Assembly: GCA_964016885.1 (NCBI GenBank)
Contig: OZ024751.1
Location: 47,864,001 to 47,928,000 of the forward strand
DNA: 64,000 bases
Reading direction: 5' to 3'
Source of the DNA: Eledone cirrhosa
Lineage: Eukaryota
In this document: positions 60,362 to 64,000 of the stretch, piece by piece
How positions within the stretch are numbered: the first letter of the stretch is position 1
How the letters are laid out: each line of letters starts with the position of its first letter
The notes under the pieces: generated by a model
Database searches by the model: none
What the model was told of the DNA's origin: nothing
Seen by the model: only the letters and a program-made list of their open reading frames with translations
Translations under genes and position numbers: made by a program

Positions 60362-60997
60362 CTGCTGCAGTGGGTAGTAATAGTGGTGGTGGTTGTGGTG
60401 CTTGTCCTGCTGTCGCTGATGATGATGATGATGATAGTAGTAATAGTTTTACTTATAGCTAGAAGTTCAAACAGCTACTACTACTACTACTATTGCTACT
60501 ACTACAACTACTACTGCTACTACATTTTACATTCTATATATATACTCATATATATACATACATATATGTATATATATATATATATATATATACATATATA
60601 TCTAGGGAAAGTAACATCCAGTTACTGTAGGTTCTCTAGAGTCCTTTTTATCATTATTATATATACATATATATATGCTGTATTTTTTAATTCTTTATGA
60701 TATATTTTTATATATATATATTTATAATTTAGTATTTCATTTAGTGGCGTTCATTTTAGCTGCCAGTGCGAAATATAATCTTGTTTATTGTCATTGTTAT
60801 TGTTGTTATTGTTGGTGTGGAATTTTTTTTTTTTTTTTTGCTATTGTCTTTTTATGGGAGTAGGGGACATATTTCATTCAAATATTATTTTTGAATTTGC
60901 ACGAGGTTGTAAGGGGCAGAAGGTTTTCGAAGGAAAAGGAAAAAAAAATAAAGGAAAAGAAAAGAATGAAAAAAATTTTATATTTATAAATATTGTC

Positions 60998-61130
<133 letters not shown>

Positions 61131-61186
61131 TATATATATAGAGATAGATATGTATATATGTATATATACTGTATATCTACATATAC

Positions 61187-61224
<38 letters not shown>

Positions 61225-61767
61225 GCTGATCACTATAAATAATGGTTGAAAAGTTAGGTAAAGTACCCCTGGAGACAGAAAACACACAAACATATGCATA
61301 TATATATATATATATATATACTAAAATTTAATTTAAAATAGAAAATATAACTAATTAGGCAGGAGGGTATTTTTATTATTCTTTCAATTACTTAATTATT
61401 TATTGTTTTCTTGTTTTTCCTTTTGTGTTTTATTGTTGGGGAATAGCTTGTTGGTGGTTCCTCAGAGGTTACACCCACCTTTTGTAGAGATACAATTCAT
61501 TTATATATATATTGGAGGAGATATTCTACCATTTAGTAATAAGTCTTTTATGACACTCCCATTCATTGCTCTTGTTGAAATATAGAAAAAAATATTATTA
61601 TCAATAACTAATTAATACTACTACTACTACTAATTCTACTACAGATATTTAATTCAAATTGTTCATTCTTTATTCATTTAATATTTGACTAGCTCATTAC
61701 TTTTGTACTTACATAATGATAATAATAATTAAAAAAAACAATAATGATGATGATGATAATAAATATG

Positions 61768-61798
<31 letters not shown>

Positions 61799-63284
61799 TA
61801 ATAATGGTAACAATAATAATAGTAATTTCTTTATTTAGAATAATAATGTTATTTCTTTTAATAATAATAATAATTATTATTATAATAATTACAGTATTCA
61901 TAGAAGTCACCATAATATTAAAATGTCATGCAATAAGAGAGAAGAATAAATTTCATTAGATTGAGCTTTTGGGTTTTATATATATATATATATGTGTATA
62001 TATATATATATAAATGTGTGTGTATGTGAGTGTGTGTGTGTGTGTGCCTGTGTGGTTGCGTACACATATATATGTGTATGTTTGTATACACATATATGTA
62101 TGTGTCTGTACACAATACCAATTGTCATGATTCTATATTACCTTTAACTGAGAAGAGACATTAACAAGCAAAAGCCAAACTCCTTTTTGAGTCGACTTCC
62201 ATCCTATATATATATAGATATATACATATATATATTATATATATATATATATATAAATATATATATATTAAGAGAAAATATATCACGATTCTCACTATGA
62301 TCATCATCATCACTATAAATCTATGGTCATAATATATTTATTAATTATTATTATTATTATTATCATTATTGAAACTATTACTATAATTTTTTTTTTTTTC
62401 TACGATTTATAATAATTTAAAAATGTAAATATTTAAAATTGTTATTTAGTTATTGGTTTTATATTGATCTCTTGTTTGTTGATTGGGAAAGGGAGCGTTG
62501 TGAGTGGTGGAAGTGGTGGTGTTGGGAACGGAGGGGAGGGAGTTCTTATTTGAAAGGGTATACAATTTTTTTTGGGGGGGGGGGGGGGATTCCGAAGATT
62601 TGAGTATATTTTCATTTTTGTCAGAAAATAACTGGAATGACACCACATGCTGGTTAAGTTCTGTTGAAGAGATGTGCACACTTACAAACACACACACACA
62701 TATATATAAACATAATGTACAGACACACACATAATATATACACACACATGTATATATATTCATATATATTCAAGACATGACTGTTCTCCAGTTTTCTCTA
62801 TTGTTTTTATTAAGGATTATTTCCTTATTTGTTCATCTTTATGCTTGGTTAATAATCATTAAGAGTTTCAAGACTTTCACAGCCCCATCTTCAGAATAAT
62901 TATAAAGATCAAACATGAATACAGTTGTGTCTTCTTTAATACAACATATATGAAAGAAAAGCTGTTGTCTTCTATTTACACCAATATCACATATATATAC
63001 ATGTGTGTGTGTGTATATACATACATATATTTTTGCTTTGTTAGGGGTGAGGGTAATGTTCAGTATTTTTGTTTGTTTTCTATTTTACCATCTAATAAAG
63101 AAAAAGTTAAAGAGAGAGTCAGATGTATATATATATATATATATATCATTTTAATGTCCACTCTCCTTGTTAGCAAGGGTTGGACATACATATACATATA
63201 TATATACATAGAGTATCCCCCCCCCCCAAATGTATGCACACTTCAACAGGATTCTAATAAATATGTGTATACAATTTTTGAGAA

Positions 63285-63330
<46 letters not shown>

Positions 63331-64000
63331 TACATTCATATAAGTGTGATTCAGTTTGATCATTTTTACTTGTTCTTTGTGCTTAGTTTGGAACAGGAGT
63401 GATCCTAATTCCATGTGTGTATTAGTACCATTCCCATAATCCTTTACAACCACTGCAAACCATGTGACTAACTCACCATTACTGGTGACCATTCCGATTC
63501 TGAAGATGGAGCTGTGAAGACTTTGGAATATTAATACATCACATTGATTTAGGAACTTTACAGCTCCACACTAAACATAAAGGACTAGTAAGGAAATACA
63601 AACCATCCTTCATAAAAATAATCAAACTGGTTTGAATGAAAAGCTCTTCCCTATATGTATGCAGTTATAAAGGTTTGTCTAATACAAGCCAAAACCGCCA
63701 GGCACCATGGCCGGGTTTTTGCCTTCCTCTGTACCTACTCTGCTTCTTCCCATGCATAGAGTACTCTCCTGATTGGTCTGTGGTCTCCCCAATCTCAGCA
63801 CCACAAACTTTATATATATATGTATATATATATATATATATATACACATATGTATATATCTGCGTATTATTGACGTCACAATGAGTACTCAATACCGAAG
63901 CAGAGTTTCAATATTTGCTTAATATGGCTAATTGGTGAGCCCTGTTACTTTGGAATTTTTACTTGCATGCTCACAGGATCATCAAATAAAATGAGCCATA

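Noticed and set aside
62853-63540. Inverted pair of CTGAAGAtgg.gctgtgaa motifs (62853-62901 -, 63495-63540 +)
   Set aside because: Probably decayed PLE hammerheads, but stem III is unpaired or GAAA mutated; too weak to call.

Overview
Repeat-dominated, AT-rich eukaryotic (metazoan) DNA. The SINE families and extreme microsatellite load suggest an octopus/coleoid cephalopod; this is an inference. I find no host protein-coding gene, and almost all long ORFs in the track are microsatellite artefacts. Recognisable coding remnants are all from transposons: a near-complete Tx1/L1-clade LINE (32136-36592, -) with a second truncated copy, three R4/Dong-type (REL endonuclease) fragments, RTE and CR1 fragments, a decayed hAT (Buster/Charlie) transposase, a Helitron derivative with STPR-like 23-aa repeats, and a Penelope GIY-YIG C-terminus. 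There are also about 19 copies of one tRNA-derived SINE, CORE-like SINEs and several MITEs. The main hidden signal is RNA structure. At least 10 type I hammerhead ribozyme (HHR) motifs from several Penelope-like/retrozyme families sit next to (TA)n tracts, often in fold-back palindromes. They include a 319-bp tandem retrozyme-like array with a U3-A8 core variant, five long-stem-II HHRs sharing a C-C mismatch at the same position, and palindromes whose apex falls inside the ribozyme's own helices. Different retroelement clades also appear to partition different microsatellites as insertion sites. All structures were folded by eye; none was computed or tested.
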